DNA from: an uncultured bacterium
GTDB taxonomy: Bacteria > Margulisbacteria > WOR-1 > JAKLHX01
Length of the DNA stretch: 64,000 nucleotides
Reading direction: 5' to 3'
Assembly (NCBI GenBank): GCA_964532225.1
Contig: CAZHHM010000003.1
Coordinates: forward strand, 30,005-94,004
Position 1 is the first letter of the stretch. Each line of letters starts with the position of its first letter. Below, one piece after another: positions 10,669 through 20,198 of this stretch. The translations under genes and the position numbers were made by a program. The notes beneath the pieces are model-generated. The model made no database searches and had not been told where the DNA came from. It worked only from the letters and a program-made list of their open reading frames with translations.

Positions 10669-12390
10669 ATGAAAGTCTTTCTAAGGCTTTTGTCGTTTAT
10701 AAGGCCCTATAAGTTCGAGGTGTTCCTGGCCTTCATCTGCATGGCGGTATTTTCCGTATGCAACCTCTCGGTCATGCCGCTGGTCAGCAATATCTCCGGG
10801 GCCGTCGGCTCAAAGGATTTTGCCACGCTCAATCTTTTTATAGGAGCAGCGATCGCTCTGTTCCTTGTAAAAGGTATATTCCAGTACGGACAGTCCTATC
10901 TTTCTTCTTTTGTCGGGCAAAGGGTCGTAACGGACATGCGCGTCAAGCTTTTCAAACATCTGCAGGACCTTTCAGTGGAATTTTATTCGCAGTGGAAGAC
11001 CGGCGAGGTCATGTCCAGGGCCATCAACGACATAGCGGTCATTCAGGCGGCCATTGTGGTCACAGCGACCGAGATCATACCTCAGATGCTTACTCTGGCA
11101 GGCGTGCTTGGCTATCTGATCTACCTGAACTGGAGGCTGACCCTGCTTGCTTTGGTCACTGCACCGGTCTTCGTTCTTGCCATCAACAAGTTCGGGCAGG
11201 AAATGAGGGTGATAGGCCGGAACGCTCAGAAAAAGATAGCCGACATCTCCTCGATCCTGCAGGAGACAGTTTCGGGCGCAAGGATAGTCAAGTCCTTCAC
11301 CATGGAGAAACACGAGACCGAAAGGTTCAGGAACGAGAGCGAGACGAGCTTCGGATGGTCTATGAAAGAAGCCCAGATCGACGCGACCCAGAGGCCGCTT
11401 ATGGGCTTTCTGCAAGTGCTTGCCGTAGTGATAGTGATATGGTTCGGGTGTCTTGAGGTGATCCAGGGCCGGCTCCGTCCGCAGGACCTCATCGCTTTCT
11501 TCGCCGGAGCTTTCCTTCTGATAGACCCCGTCATCGTGATCTCAAAGATCAATTCCACGGTACAAAGGTCCCTTGCGTCAGCCGAGAGGGTGTTCGAGAT
11601 CCTTGATATCATACCGACCGTAAAGGACGAGGACGGCGCAAAAGAGCTTCCTTCGGTCAATGGCAATGTATCGTTCAAGGACGTCAGCTTTTCGTACAAA
11701 AAAGGCACGGAGGTCCTTTCAGGCATCAATTTTGACATACAGTCCGGAAAGGTCGCTGCCATAGTTGGTCCGAGCGGCTCCGGCAAAAGCACCCTGATAA
11801 ACCTGATACTCAGGTTCTATGATCCGTCGTCCGGAAAGATAATGATAGACGGCAATGACATTCGAAAAGTGACCCTTCACAGCCTCAGGAAACAGATCGG
11901 CATAGTGCCACAGGACACGATGCTTTTCAGCGGTACAATAAGCGACAACATTAAGTACGGAATGCCCGATGCAAGCACCTCCCAGATAGAATCTGCGGCA
12001 AAAAATGCCAACGCGCACGATTTTATAATGGCGCTGCCCATGGGCTATGAGACCCAGGCCGGAGAAAGAGGGGCAATGCTTTCCGGAGGTCAGCGGCAGA
12101 GGATCGCCATAGCAAGGGCCATACTGAGGGACCCAAAGATACTGATACTTGACGAGGCGACATCCTCCCTTGATACCGAATCAGAAAGGCTGATACAGGA
12201 TGCTCTGCAGAGACTGATATCCGGACGCACGACTTTCGTTATCGCCCACCGCCTCTCCACAGTCCAGAACGCGGACACCATCCTGGTACTGAAGGACGGG
12301 GCTATCGAAGAGCACGGCACTCACAAGGACCTTATCGACAGGAACGGTTTCTACAAAAGACTGTTCGACATGCAGTTCAGGGGGACATGA
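10669..12390 (+). CDS. MsbA/Sav1866-type ABC exporter (TMD fused to NBD)
   Basis: Six-TM domain, Walker A GPSGSGKST, LSGGQRQR signature, ILDEATS. Start moved from 10582 to 10669 (MKVFLRLL), 7 nt after TATAAT. Confidence 0.93.
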   Translation: MKVFLRLLSFIRPYKFEVFLAFICMAVFSVCNLSVMPLVSNISGAVGSKDFATLNLFIGAAIALFLVKGIFQYGQSYLSSFVGQRVVTDMRVKLFKHLQDLSVEFYSQWKTGEVMSRAINDIAVIQAAIVVTATEIIPQMLTLAGVLGYLIYLNWRLTLLALVTAPVFVLAINKFGQEMRVIGRNAQKKIADISSILQETVSGARIVKSFTMEKHETERFRNESETSFGWSMKEAQIDATQRPLMGFLQVLAVVIVIWFGCLEVIQGRLRPQDLIAFFAGAFLLIDPVIVISKINSTVQRSLASAERVFEILDIIPTVKDEDGAKELPSVNGNVSFKDVSFSYKKGTEVLSGINFDIQSGKVAAIVGPSGSGKSTLINLILRFYDPSSGKIMIDGNDIRKVTLHSLRKQIGIVPQDTMLFSGTISDNIKYGMPDASTSQIESAAKNANAHDFIMALPMGYETQAGERGAMLSGGQRQRIAIARAILRDPKILILDEATSSLDTESERLIQDALQRLISGRTTFVIAHRLSTVQNADTILVLKDGAIEEHGTHKDLIDRNGFYKRLFDMQFRGT

Positions 12391-12395
12391 ATTAA

Positions 12396-13478
12396 ATGAA
12401 GGTCCTATTCCTTACGAACGGACACGGTGAAGACCTCATCGCTGCCAGGATAATAAAGGAGCTCGGGCCATCCGCACAGGTCACGGCCATGCCTCTTGTA
12501 GGACTGGGAGAAGCATTCAACGGCCTCAACATCACCGTGATAGGCCCCAGAAAGAAGATGCCTAGCGGAGGTTTTCTTTACCAGAGCCTGGCAAGCACCA
12601 TAAAGGACCTTATGTCAGGGCTCGTCTCCGTGACAGCTCAGCAGATCCGTCTCCTATGGGAACAGAAAGGCGAATTCGACCTTGTAGTAAGCGTCGGGGA
12701 TATAGTTCCTATAGTCGGCGCTCTGTTGACCCGCACAAGGTTCTTCTTCGTTGGCTGTGCCAAGTCCGATCATTATGATTACAGCTACACTCCCTGGGAG
12801 ATATTCCTGCTCAGGAAATACTGCAATAAAGCATTTCCCCGGGACATCAGGACGCATGAAGGAATGCTGAAAGCCGGTATAAGGTCATATTATCTCGGGA
12901 ACCCGATGATGGACGGCATCGATGTCACCGGAAAAAAGATCAGACAGTCGGCGGATTCGGTCCTGGTAGGGATACTTCCGGGAACAAGGGATGACGCACA
13001 GCAGAACATCGAAGATATCATGAAAGTGGCCGAGAAGCTTGTCTCAGCTAAAGAAAAGATCAAGTTCGAGTTCGCAGTTGCCGCCTCCCCTTCACAGGAT
13101 ATCTCCAAGTTCGGGTCATTTCCCGGCATGAGAGTATTCACTGACGCTTTCGGAGATATCATCAGTTCCGCTGACGTCATCATTGGATTATCGGGGACAG
13201 GCAATGAACAGGCGGCAGGGCTAGGCAAACCTGTCATCTCTTTTCCGGGACGCGGGGTACAATACACGAGGCCGTTCGCGAAAAGGCAAAAACAGCTGCT
13301 GGACGGGGCGCTGTTGCTAACTGAACGGGACCCTGACAAGTGCGCTGCAGCGATACTCGAACTTCTCCGCTCAAAGACAAGGATATCCGAAATGGCTGCC
13401 GCAGGCAGGGAAAGGATGGGAGAGCAAGGCGCTAGCACGGCCATTGCTGAAGCCATAACCAATGCGGATAGGCCATAA
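12396..13478 (+). CDS. Lipid-A-disaccharide synthase (LpxB)-related GT-B protein, cyanobacterial type
   Basis: TNGHGED, VGDIVP, AKSD, GNPMMD, LPG.R, GTGNEQAAGLGKPV..PG.G.Q motifs. Confidence 0.8.
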   Translation: MKVLFLTNGHGEDLIAARIIKELGPSAQVTAMPLVGLGEAFNGLNITVIGPRKKMPSGGFLYQSLASTIKDLMSGLVSVTAQQIRLLWEQKGEFDLVVSVGDIVPIVGALLTRTRFFFVGCAKSDHYDYSYTPWEIFLLRKYCNKAFPRDIRTHEGMLKAGIRSYYLGNPMMDGIDVTGKKIRQSADSVLVGILPGTRDDAQQNIEDIMKVAEKLVSAKEKIKFEFAVAASPSQDISKFGSFPGMRVFTDAFGDIISSADVIIGLSGTGNEQAAGLGKPVISFPGRGVQYTRPFAKRQKQLLDGALLLTERDPDKCAAAILELLRSKTRISEMAAAGRERMGEQGASTAIAEAITNADRP

Positions 13479-14568
13479 CTTCATTGAAAGCCTAGATCCC
13501 GTCTATCATGAAGTACTGAAGCATCTTTCCCGGAACGACCACGGTAATATCCACGTATCCTTGTGTTCTGTCGCTAAAAGAAAGAACAGGATAAACGCAG
13601 TGCCCGGATCTACTTTTGACATTTCCGCCGCCGCCCCCAGATCATGGTTGTTCAGCGAGCTTAATCTGCCGTTCGCCGTGACCAATAATGAGATCGATAT
13701 TCTATTCTGCCACGCGCCGGACCTCACCGTGAGGCAGCCGTCCAGGTCCGTGGTCGTACTGCCTGACGTGAACGCGCTTCAGTTCGACGACGAAAAGGTC
13801 CGCGGTCTTGAGAACTCCATCAGGTACAGGACCAGGATGTCATCGGTAAAAAAGGCGAACAGGGTCCTGACATATTCCTCGTCAGAACAAAGCTCCATTT
13901 CCAGGGTCTTAGGCATCAGGCCCGACAGGATAACGGTGGTAGATCCGCCTGCCGGCAAAGCGTTCGCTCCCGTATTCAACGAAAAAAAGATCTCGGCCGT
14001 CACGGAAAGGTACGGAATAAGGTCGGAATACTATATTTACAGCGGCACATATTTTAGACGCAACAATATCCGAGAGCTTTTGGACATCTTCATGGGCTTT
14101 TCGGCCTTGAACAGCAGCTCCTCCCTTGTTCTTGCAGGAAAGGTCCCTGTAAACGTCGCGGAACAGATAAAAACGGCAGACAACCGCGGGAAGATAATTA
14201 TGGCCGGTGAAGTCCCGGATCAGGACCTCGCGATGCTCTATAACGGAGCCCTCGCATTTCTTTCTACATCATCCTACGAAAGCTATTGTTTTGATGCCCA
14301 GAGGGCCATGGCCTGCGGCACTCCTACTATTGCGTATGCCACGTCCTGCTTTCCCGAGGTCATGAAGAACTGCTCCGTACTCATCAGGGACAAGGACAAA
14401 AAAGCCTTTATCAAGGCCATGAAGGACTCAAAAGAGAACCAGAACATGAGGATATCGTGCAGGGCCCTTGGCGTCAGCCTGGCAAAAAAACACTCTGTCG
14501 AAGCCCTTGGCGAACAGATATCCTCTGTGTTCAGGGAGATCTCCGAGGAGAGCGTTCCCGATGCTTGA
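13462..14568 (+). CDS. GT4-family glycosyltransferase-like protein with a degenerate catalytic motif
   Basis: GT-B C-terminal domain: YIYSGT..RNNI, LAMLYNGA..F, YESYCFDAQRAMACGTP. Confidence 0.75.
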   Translation: MRIGHNFIESLDPVYHEVLKHLSRNDHGNIHVSLCSVAKRKNRINAVPGSTFDISAAAPRSWLFSELNLPFAVTNNEIDILFCHAPDLTVRQPSRSVVVLPDVNALQFDDEKVRGLENSIRYRTRMSSVKKANRVLTYSSSEQSSISRVLGIRPDRITVVDPPAGKAFAPVFNEKKISAVTERYGIRSEYYIYSGTYFRRNNIRELLDIFMGFSALNSSSSLVLAGKVPVNVAEQIKTADNRGKIIMAGEVPDQDLAMLYNGALAFLSTSSYESYCFDAQRAMACGTPTIAYATSCFPEVMKNCSVLIRDKDKKAFIKAMKDSKENQNMRISCRALGVSLAKKHSVEALGEQISSVFREISEESVPDA

Positions 14569-15607
14569 CAAGACACTGCGTGTGGCTATTGAGGCATCAT
14601 GCCTGAAAGAGCCGGACTCCGGTTGCGCTTCATTTGCAAGGGAGCTCATCCGAGGACTGCTGGAGACCGATAAAAAGACACGCTTCTCGCTCCAGTATTC
14701 CGAAATGCCGCTGTTCTCTCCGGAAGCATTCAGGGGAAAACAGCACAATCTGAGGAGCCATCGCTACTTCGACCTTACCCGTACGACATACGACATCTAT
14801 CACTGGACGGGGAACTGCATCCCGAGGCCTATACAATATGAACGGCTTGTCGCTACACCGGGGGACCTTGCCTCCATTAGCGGTCCCTATCTCGAGATCA
14901 TGAAAAAGGCAGATAGGATAGTTCTTCCATGGGAAAGCATGCTGGGTCCGGCGCTGTCAACGTTCGGCGGAGAAGGCAGCAGGATTTCCGTGGTCAATCC
15001 GGGCATCGACCCATCATTCTCTAAAAGACCGAAAGCTGAAACGGACCTTATCAAGACCAGATACGCGATCAAAAGACCTTATATACTTGTTCCGGGTCCG
15101 GTATCCGACAGGTCCAACCTGCACAAGATCATTGAAGCATACTCAAAGCTCATCTATCTCTCCCCTCCCGATATGGTGGTCACGGGGAAGATAAGAGAAG
15201 GACATGAATACCTGAGATCACATATCAGGGAGCTTGAGCTGGAAAGCCATATTAAACTTTTGGGAAGGCTGCCGAAAAAGGTGATGCCTGCCCTGTATAG
15301 CGGAGCTGAGATTGTCGTCTCCGCCGGTACTTCTTTCGGGTTCTGCATGTCATTGCTCGAAGCCATGGCCTGCGGCTCCCCTCTCGTTGTATCCAGGTCA
15401 ATACACACAAAAGAGGTCTGCTCGGATGCAGCTGCATATGCGGAAAGCAACAGCGCTGACAGCATAGCGGACACAATAAAAGATGTCCTTACAAAGGACA
15501 GCCGCAGGACGGCACTGTCCGCAGCAGGATCGACAAGAGCAAGATCGTTCTCCTCCAGGGCCTCCGCAAAGGCTACAATGGAAGTATACAGAAAGGCCAT
15601 GAAATGA
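14561..15607 (+). CDS. GT4-family glycosyltransferase-like protein with a degenerate catalytic motif
   Basis: PGIDPSF, ALYSGA, SFGFCMSLLEAMACGSP. Start reassigned to ATG 14561 (MLDKTLRVAIEA), which overlaps the upstream stop. Confidence 0.78.
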   Translation: MLDKTLRVAIEASCLKEPDSGCASFARELIRGLLETDKKTRFSLQYSEMPLFSPEAFRGKQHNLRSHRYFDLTRTTYDIYHWTGNCIPRPIQYERLVATPGDLASISGPYLEIMKKADRIVLPWESMLGPALSTFGGEGSRISVVNPGIDPSFSKRPKAETDLIKTRYAIKRPYILVPGPVSDRSNLHKIIEAYSKLIYLSPPDMVVTGKIREGHEYLRSHIRELELESHIKLLGRLPKKVMPALYSGAEIVVSAGTSFGFCMSLLEAMACGSPLVVSRSIHTKEVCSDAAAYAESNSADSIADTIKDVLTKDSRRTALSAAGSTRARSFSSRASAKATMEVYRKAMK

Positions 15608-16755
15608 AAATACTGATCCTTGCAAGGATGTCCACGTTTTTTTCCGGAAGAACAGTAAGCGAAAGGCCTCTAGGCGGGAGCGAATCCGCCCTTTTCTATC
15701 TTACAAGGGAGCTGGCAAAGCTTGGTCATGAGGTCGTCATATACAACAACTGTCTCAAGGAGGCAGGGACCTACGAAGGTGTAGTATACAGGCAGTTCAC
15801 GACGCTCGCTGACCTAGTAAGGCACAGTAAAGAGGTCGACTATGATGTTTTCGTCTCTTTCAGGGACCTTCCTGCTTTCCTGTTCCCGATAAAGGCACGG
15901 AAAAGGGTCTGGTGGGGCCACGACGATTTTTCGAACGTCTGGAACCATAAGGGCGTCATGAAATTCATCGGGCATGAATTCCTGAGAGTAGCCGGATCCC
16001 TTGTGAACAGGACCTGTGACAGGCTTTTCGTCGTCAGCAAATGGCTGAGCGACATCTGTGTCGAAAAGCTTGGAATAGACAATAAAAGGATGTATGTGAC
16101 AAAGAACGGGATACACCTTCCATATTTCGACGGCGAGGAAAAGCGCGATCCGTACCGCATGGTATATATCAGCGTACCGGCAAGAGGGCTTGATGTCCTT
16201 CTGGACATATTCCCGCAGATAAGACAAAGTGTGCCGCAAGCGACCCTGCATGTTTATTGCGGTTTCGACCTGGGCGTACTTAAAGAAAAGGACAGGATAA
16301 AAGCACAAAACATATTCGACAAGACAAAACAGGATGGTGTCGTGCTTGAGGGAACGAGGAAACACTCCGAACTTGCAAGAGAGCTGATGAGGTCCGGCCT
16401 GTTCCTCTATCCCAGCCATGAAGTACCGGAAGCCGCGTTCTTCGCGGAAACGTCCTGCATCGCAGCGCTCGAAGCGCAAGCCGCAGGATGCCCGGTCATC
16501 GCGTCAAAAAGAGGAGCGCTGCCCGAAAGCATAAAGGACGGAGAGACCGGGATACTGGTCGCCGGGGACCCCGTGTCGGAACAGTTCAAGCAAAAGTTCA
16601 TCGAAGAGACGGTCACACTGCTTAAGGACAGGCAGAGGCATGAAACCATGAGCGCTGCCGCCAAAAGGTATGCCTCAACTGTGTATCCGTGGGAGCTCAT
16701 CGCCCTGGAGTGGACCAACGAATTCACGTCCATGCTGGAGCAGGGTCCTAAATGA
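15604..16755 (+). CDS. GT4-family glycosyltransferase
   Basis: LGGSESA, intact EX7E (ETSCIAALEAQAAG), GALPE, YPWELIA. Confidence 0.88.
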   Translation: MKILILARMSTFFSGRTVSERPLGGSESALFYLTRELAKLGHEVVIYNNCLKEAGTYEGVVYRQFTTLADLVRHSKEVDYDVFVSFRDLPAFLFPIKARKRVWWGHDDFSNVWNHKGVMKFIGHEFLRVAGSLVNRTCDRLFVVSKWLSDICVEKLGIDNKRMYVTKNGIHLPYFDGEEKRDPYRMVYISVPARGLDVLLDIFPQIRQSVPQATLHVYCGFDLGVLKEKDRIKAQNIFDKTKQDGVVLEGTRKHSELARELMRSGLFLYPSHEVPEAAFFAETSCIAALEAQAAGCPVIASKRGALPESIKDGETGILVAGDPVSEQFKQKFIEETVTLLKDRQRHETMSAAAKRYASTVYPWELIALEWTNEFTSMLEQGPK

Positions 16756-17678
16756 AAGAGAACATCCTTATAGCGGGCCTGGGAGGCTGCGTCGGGCATT
16801 ATCTTTACGACATACTTGCTGACGACCCTTCATATGAGATATTTGCTTTCGTCAGGAACCCCCAGAAGCTGTTGTTCGACCCTAATAAAGCAAAGAACAT
16901 CCATTTTATCCGCGATGACATCCTGAACATCGCAAAATACCCGGACATCGCTCGAAGCACTGACCATTTGATAAACCTGACGGCGGACTGGGGCTCTGAA
17001 AAAGGCAATCTCGCATATAACGTGAACCTGTTCGAAGCAATGGACCTGAACAGGTGCAAAAAGGTCTTTTATTTCTCTACGGCAAGCATCCTGGGCGAAG
17101 CCAATTTGCCGTCCCATGAAGTGGAATCCGTAGGGACCCCGTATATACGCGGGAAATACCTGATGCACAAAAAGTTGAAGGAGATGAAGATAGCCGACAG
17201 GACTACTGTACTATTCCCCACCTGGGTCCTGGGAGGTGACGAAAAGCATCCGTACTCGCATGCTTATTCGGCGATGAAAGGCGCAAGCAAATGGATGTGG
17301 CTGCTCAGGTTCTTTAAGCTGGACCTTAAGTTCCATTTCATCCATGCAATGGATATTGCCGCTATCACGGTCCATCTTTTAAAGAGCGGCCCTTCCCGGG
17401 GAGAGCTGGTCCTGGGCAATCCCGCTATCACCGCGGATGAACTGTTGGAGGCTGTCTGCAGGAAATTGGGCGTAAAAAGAAGACCGGTCCTGAGCATCGG
17501 AGAGACCGCACTTTCAACGCTGTCCAACGTACTTAACAAAAGGCTTTCCCCGTGGGACAAATATTCTATCCAAAAGAGGAACCAGACGTTCGATACTGTG
17601 AATGCAGGCACCTACGGGCTCCCCTCAAAGTTCGACACTATAGGCAAGATAATGGATGACCTGTTCGGAGGTCAGTGA
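16752..17678 (+). CDS. NAD-dependent epimerase/dehydratase (extended SDR)
   Basis: GLGGCVG Rossmann motif, FSTASIL, YxxxK (YIRGK), FHFIHA.DIA. Confidence 0.8.
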   Translation: MKENILIAGLGGCVGHYLYDILADDPSYEIFAFVRNPQKLLFDPNKAKNIHFIRDDILNIAKYPDIARSTDHLINLTADWGSEKGNLAYNVNLFEAMDLNRCKKVFYFSTASILGEANLPSHEVESVGTPYIRGKYLMHKKLKEMKIADRTTVLFPTWVLGGDEKHPYSHAYSAMKGASKWMWLLRFFKLDLKFHFIHAMDIAAITVHLLKSGPSRGELVLGNPAITADELLEAVCRKLGVKRRPVLSIGETALSTLSNVLNKRLSPWDKYSIQKRNQTFDTVNAGTYGLPSKFDTIGKIMDDLFGGQ

Positions 17679-18502
17679 TCCCCCTGAGGCACCAGATTTA
17701 TCTTCGGTGAAGTGATGAGGTCCGTTCTCTTACCTTTTATGGCGACTATCGTGGCCCTGTCCTTAGGTTTGTTCGGTTCAGCAGGGATATTGCACTCATA
17801 GACCGAGGTGAACCCGATGTCCTTGAGAAGGTTTATCAGCGACCTCTTTGTGAACCAGAAGCTGCGGTCATTATCTACCGAAGCCCAGAGGTTCTTGAGC
17901 TTTGCCTCAACGCTGGTCCCGGCGCGATGCTCCCGGTAGTATTTCCCGAAATACTGCTTTCCCGCGTGCCTTATCCTTTTCCAGGGGAAAAGCGAGATAT
18001 TGGTGTCCACTACCAGAACGTCGGTGCAGAGAGCGGCTATGTTCTCGAGGAACTTGAAGATATCGGGCACATCAATATGGTAAAGGATACCGAGACAAAG
18101 GACTGCATCGAAAGATCCGTATTTTTTGGCCGTGACGTTGCGAACATCGTCCTGGACGAACTCGAGCTTTTCAAGGCCCAGGACCTCTTTCGCGAACCTG
18201 GCCTTTTCCACGCTCTGCTGCCTGAACTCGACCCCTGTCGCGGCAGCTCCCTGAAGCGCGAATTCCGTGGCATACAGTCCCTCAAGGCAAGCAAGATCAA
18301 GGACCTTCATTTCGGCCAAGGGCTTTCTTGCGGTGTCAGACACTATCTGGAACACCCTTCTGAGCTTTTCCGCGTCCCCCATGCCGTCGTCGGCGTTCTC
18401 AATGGTGTATATACCCCCGCCGAGATGTATGTTGTGCGCCGACCATTTGCCGTATCGCTCGATCACACCTTTTTTCTTTTCGAGGATCTCATCAGGTCTC
18501 AT
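17672..18502 (-). CDS. Class I SAM-dependent methyltransferase
   Basis: VLDLACLEG motif I, FDAVLCLGILYH. Start reassigned to 18502 (MRPDEI), an ATGA-type overlap with the upstream gene. Confidence 0.88.
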   Translation of the reverse strand: MRPDEILEKKKGVIERYGKWSAHNIHLGGGIYTIENADDGMGDAEKLRRVFQIVSDTARKPLAEMKVLDLACLEGLYATEFALQGAAATGVEFRQQSVEKARFAKEVLGLEKLEFVQDDVRNVTAKKYGSFDAVLCLGILYHIDVPDIFKFLENIAALCTDVLVVDTNISLFPWKRIRHAGKQYFGKYYREHRAGTSVEAKLKNLWASVDNDRSFWFTKRSLINLLKDIGFTSVYECNIPAEPNKPKDRATIVAIKGKRTDLITSPKINLVPQGDH

Positions 18503-20142
18503 TGCATTTTCTCCTGTACCAGAAATTTTGAACGTTCCGAACATGAGACGCATGAACTCTTTCCGCAGAGGAAGATGCCCTGATGGCTCTTTAGGATGTT
18601 CGCGGCAATATCATGCACCTTTTTAGCTATGGCCAGCTTACATTCCGCATCCCCTATCCTGACCGAAGAAGCAATATCGCTCCTTTCCAGTACAGGACCG
18701 AGCCTTTCGAACTTTATGCTGTGGCCTGTAGTGTGCAAACGCGCCTTGACCGGACCCGATCCGTCATTGTAGCAGTATTCTTTAGTGTGCTGCGCATACG
18801 GGACGCCTGCCGAATACTCGGAAGCGTGAAGCAGGGAGACCGTAGAAAGCCCGGTCCCGAGCATCAGGATATAACCGTTACCCGTAAGGACCTCTGCCAA
18901 GGGACCATCCGCCGAGAGGCTGTCTGACATCCTGTACCGCTTTGCAAGGGCGTCCGAATCTTTTCCCCAGAACGTGAAGCTGAGCTGAGGGTGGAAATTC
19001 CTGTGAACGTTCCCGCTTTTTCTGAACTCCTCTGCGATCCTGCCGATATCCTTTGAGACAGGAGTATCCGGCCTGAAACATCTTTTATCAGACAGAGCCC
19101 CTGACGCCTCTGTCCCGTATGTGAACGCCGGCATCATTATAAGGCCCTGCTCCGTTACGGCCTCTTTCAGCGCTTCGACCACGGTCCTGGCGCCTCCATC
19201 CACTCTGCCGAAAGCGTTGAGGGATGAATGGACCACGATCCTCATCCCTTTCTTTACGCCGAGAGCGTAAAGACCCTTGATGATGTCCTGCTTGCAGACC
19301 TTTGCCGACCTGCCGAACAGCCTCTTAAGCTTCTTAACTATCTTGCTCTCTCTTGGCCTTTTTTCGTATATATCAAGGTATGAAGCATTGTATTCAAGGC
19401 ATATCCCGGCCTTGAACGAATTTGAGGGGTCCGCGAGGTCGTTCGACCTGATGAACTCCAGGCATTTTTCCCTTATCCTGATCCTGAACTTCTTTTCGTC
19501 CTCAGGTTTTGCATTGGTATGTGTCCAGTTCTTTTTATGTATCCGGTAAACGTAGACCTCTTTGTCGATGAAGACACAGGGAGCTTCCATTGCAAGCCTT
19601 AGTCTCAGCTCATAATCCTCGGCCCAGTCAAGAGAGGTGTCATACCCTCCTATCCTGTCAAAGATATCCTTGCGGATAAGACAGCTCCCGTCCGGGATGA
19701 AGTTGCCCTTGAACAGCTTATAGGCATCGAACTGCCCTCCGTAATACCTGACTGAGTTGTTATAGGTCCAGACGACCTTTACTTTACCGTAGACAACACC
19801 TGCATCAGGCCTGCGCGAGGCAACAGCCTCCAGCGTCTTTAGCCTGTCCGGCAAAGCAATATCGTCGCTGTCCGAGAAGCACAGATAGGCCCCTTTTGCC
19901 TGGGACGCCAGATACTGATAGACGATGCTTGGGTTCCCGGAATTCTTCTCTCTCGCGAAGACCTTGACCCTCGGGTCCATCTTTTCATATTCTCTCAGTA
20001 TCGCAAGGCTGCCGTCCTTTGACCTGTCGTCGCAGCAAAGGAGCTCAAGGTCCCTGTATTCTTCCTGCAGCACGGCATCAACGGCTTCTCTGAGGAACTT
20101 TTCGCTGTTGTATACGGGCATTAGGACGGATATCTTTGGAAT
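18499..20142 (-). CDS. Fusion of an N-terminal GT2 glycosyltransferase and a C-terminal AAC(3)/Antibiotic_NAT-family N-acetyltransferase
   Basis: GT2: PVYN, DDRSKDGS, DSDD, EDYEL. AAC(3): LGVKKGMRIVVHSSL, G.IMMPAFT, HPQLSF, MLGTG..S.LHASE. Probable ATT start at 20142 behind GGAGG; first ATG is at 20121. Confidence 0.85.
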   Translation of the reverse strand: MPKISVLMPVYNSEKFLREAVDAVLQEEYRDLELLCCDDRSKDGSLAILREYEKMDPRVKVFAREKNSGNPSIVYQYLASQAKGAYLCFSDSDDIALPDRLKTLEAVASRRPDAGVVYGKVKVVWTYNNSVRYYGGQFDAYKLFKGNFIPDGSCLIRKDIFDRIGGYDTSLDWAEDYELRLRLAMEAPCVFIDKEVYVYRIHKKNWTHTNAKPEDEKKFRIRIREKCLEFIRSNDLADPSNSFKAGICLEYNASYLDIYEKRPRESKIVKKLKRLFGRSAKVCKQDIIKGLYALGVKKGMRIVVHSSLNAFGRVDGGARTVVEALKEAVTEQGLIMMPAFTYGTEASGALSDKRCFRPDTPVSKDIGRIAEEFRKSGNVHRNFHPQLSFTFWGKDSDALAKRYRMSDSLSADGPLAEVLTGNGYILMLGTGLSTVSLLHASEYSAGVPYAQHTKEYCYNDGSGPVKARLHTTGHSIKFERLGPVLERSDIASSVRIGDAECKLAIAKKVHDIAANILKSHQGIFLCGKSSCVSCSERSKFLVQEKMQ

Positions 20143-20198
20143 GACTTGTACCTCCGTATCAGATTATATCATCGACAGGACAAGGTTATAATGTAGCC

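Noticed and set aside
18499-19300. A mobile aminoglycoside-resistance cassette
   Set aside because: The AAC(3) domain is fused to GT2 in a chromosomal glycan locus, with no integron, attC or IS features. Resistance activity is not excluded but is unsupported.
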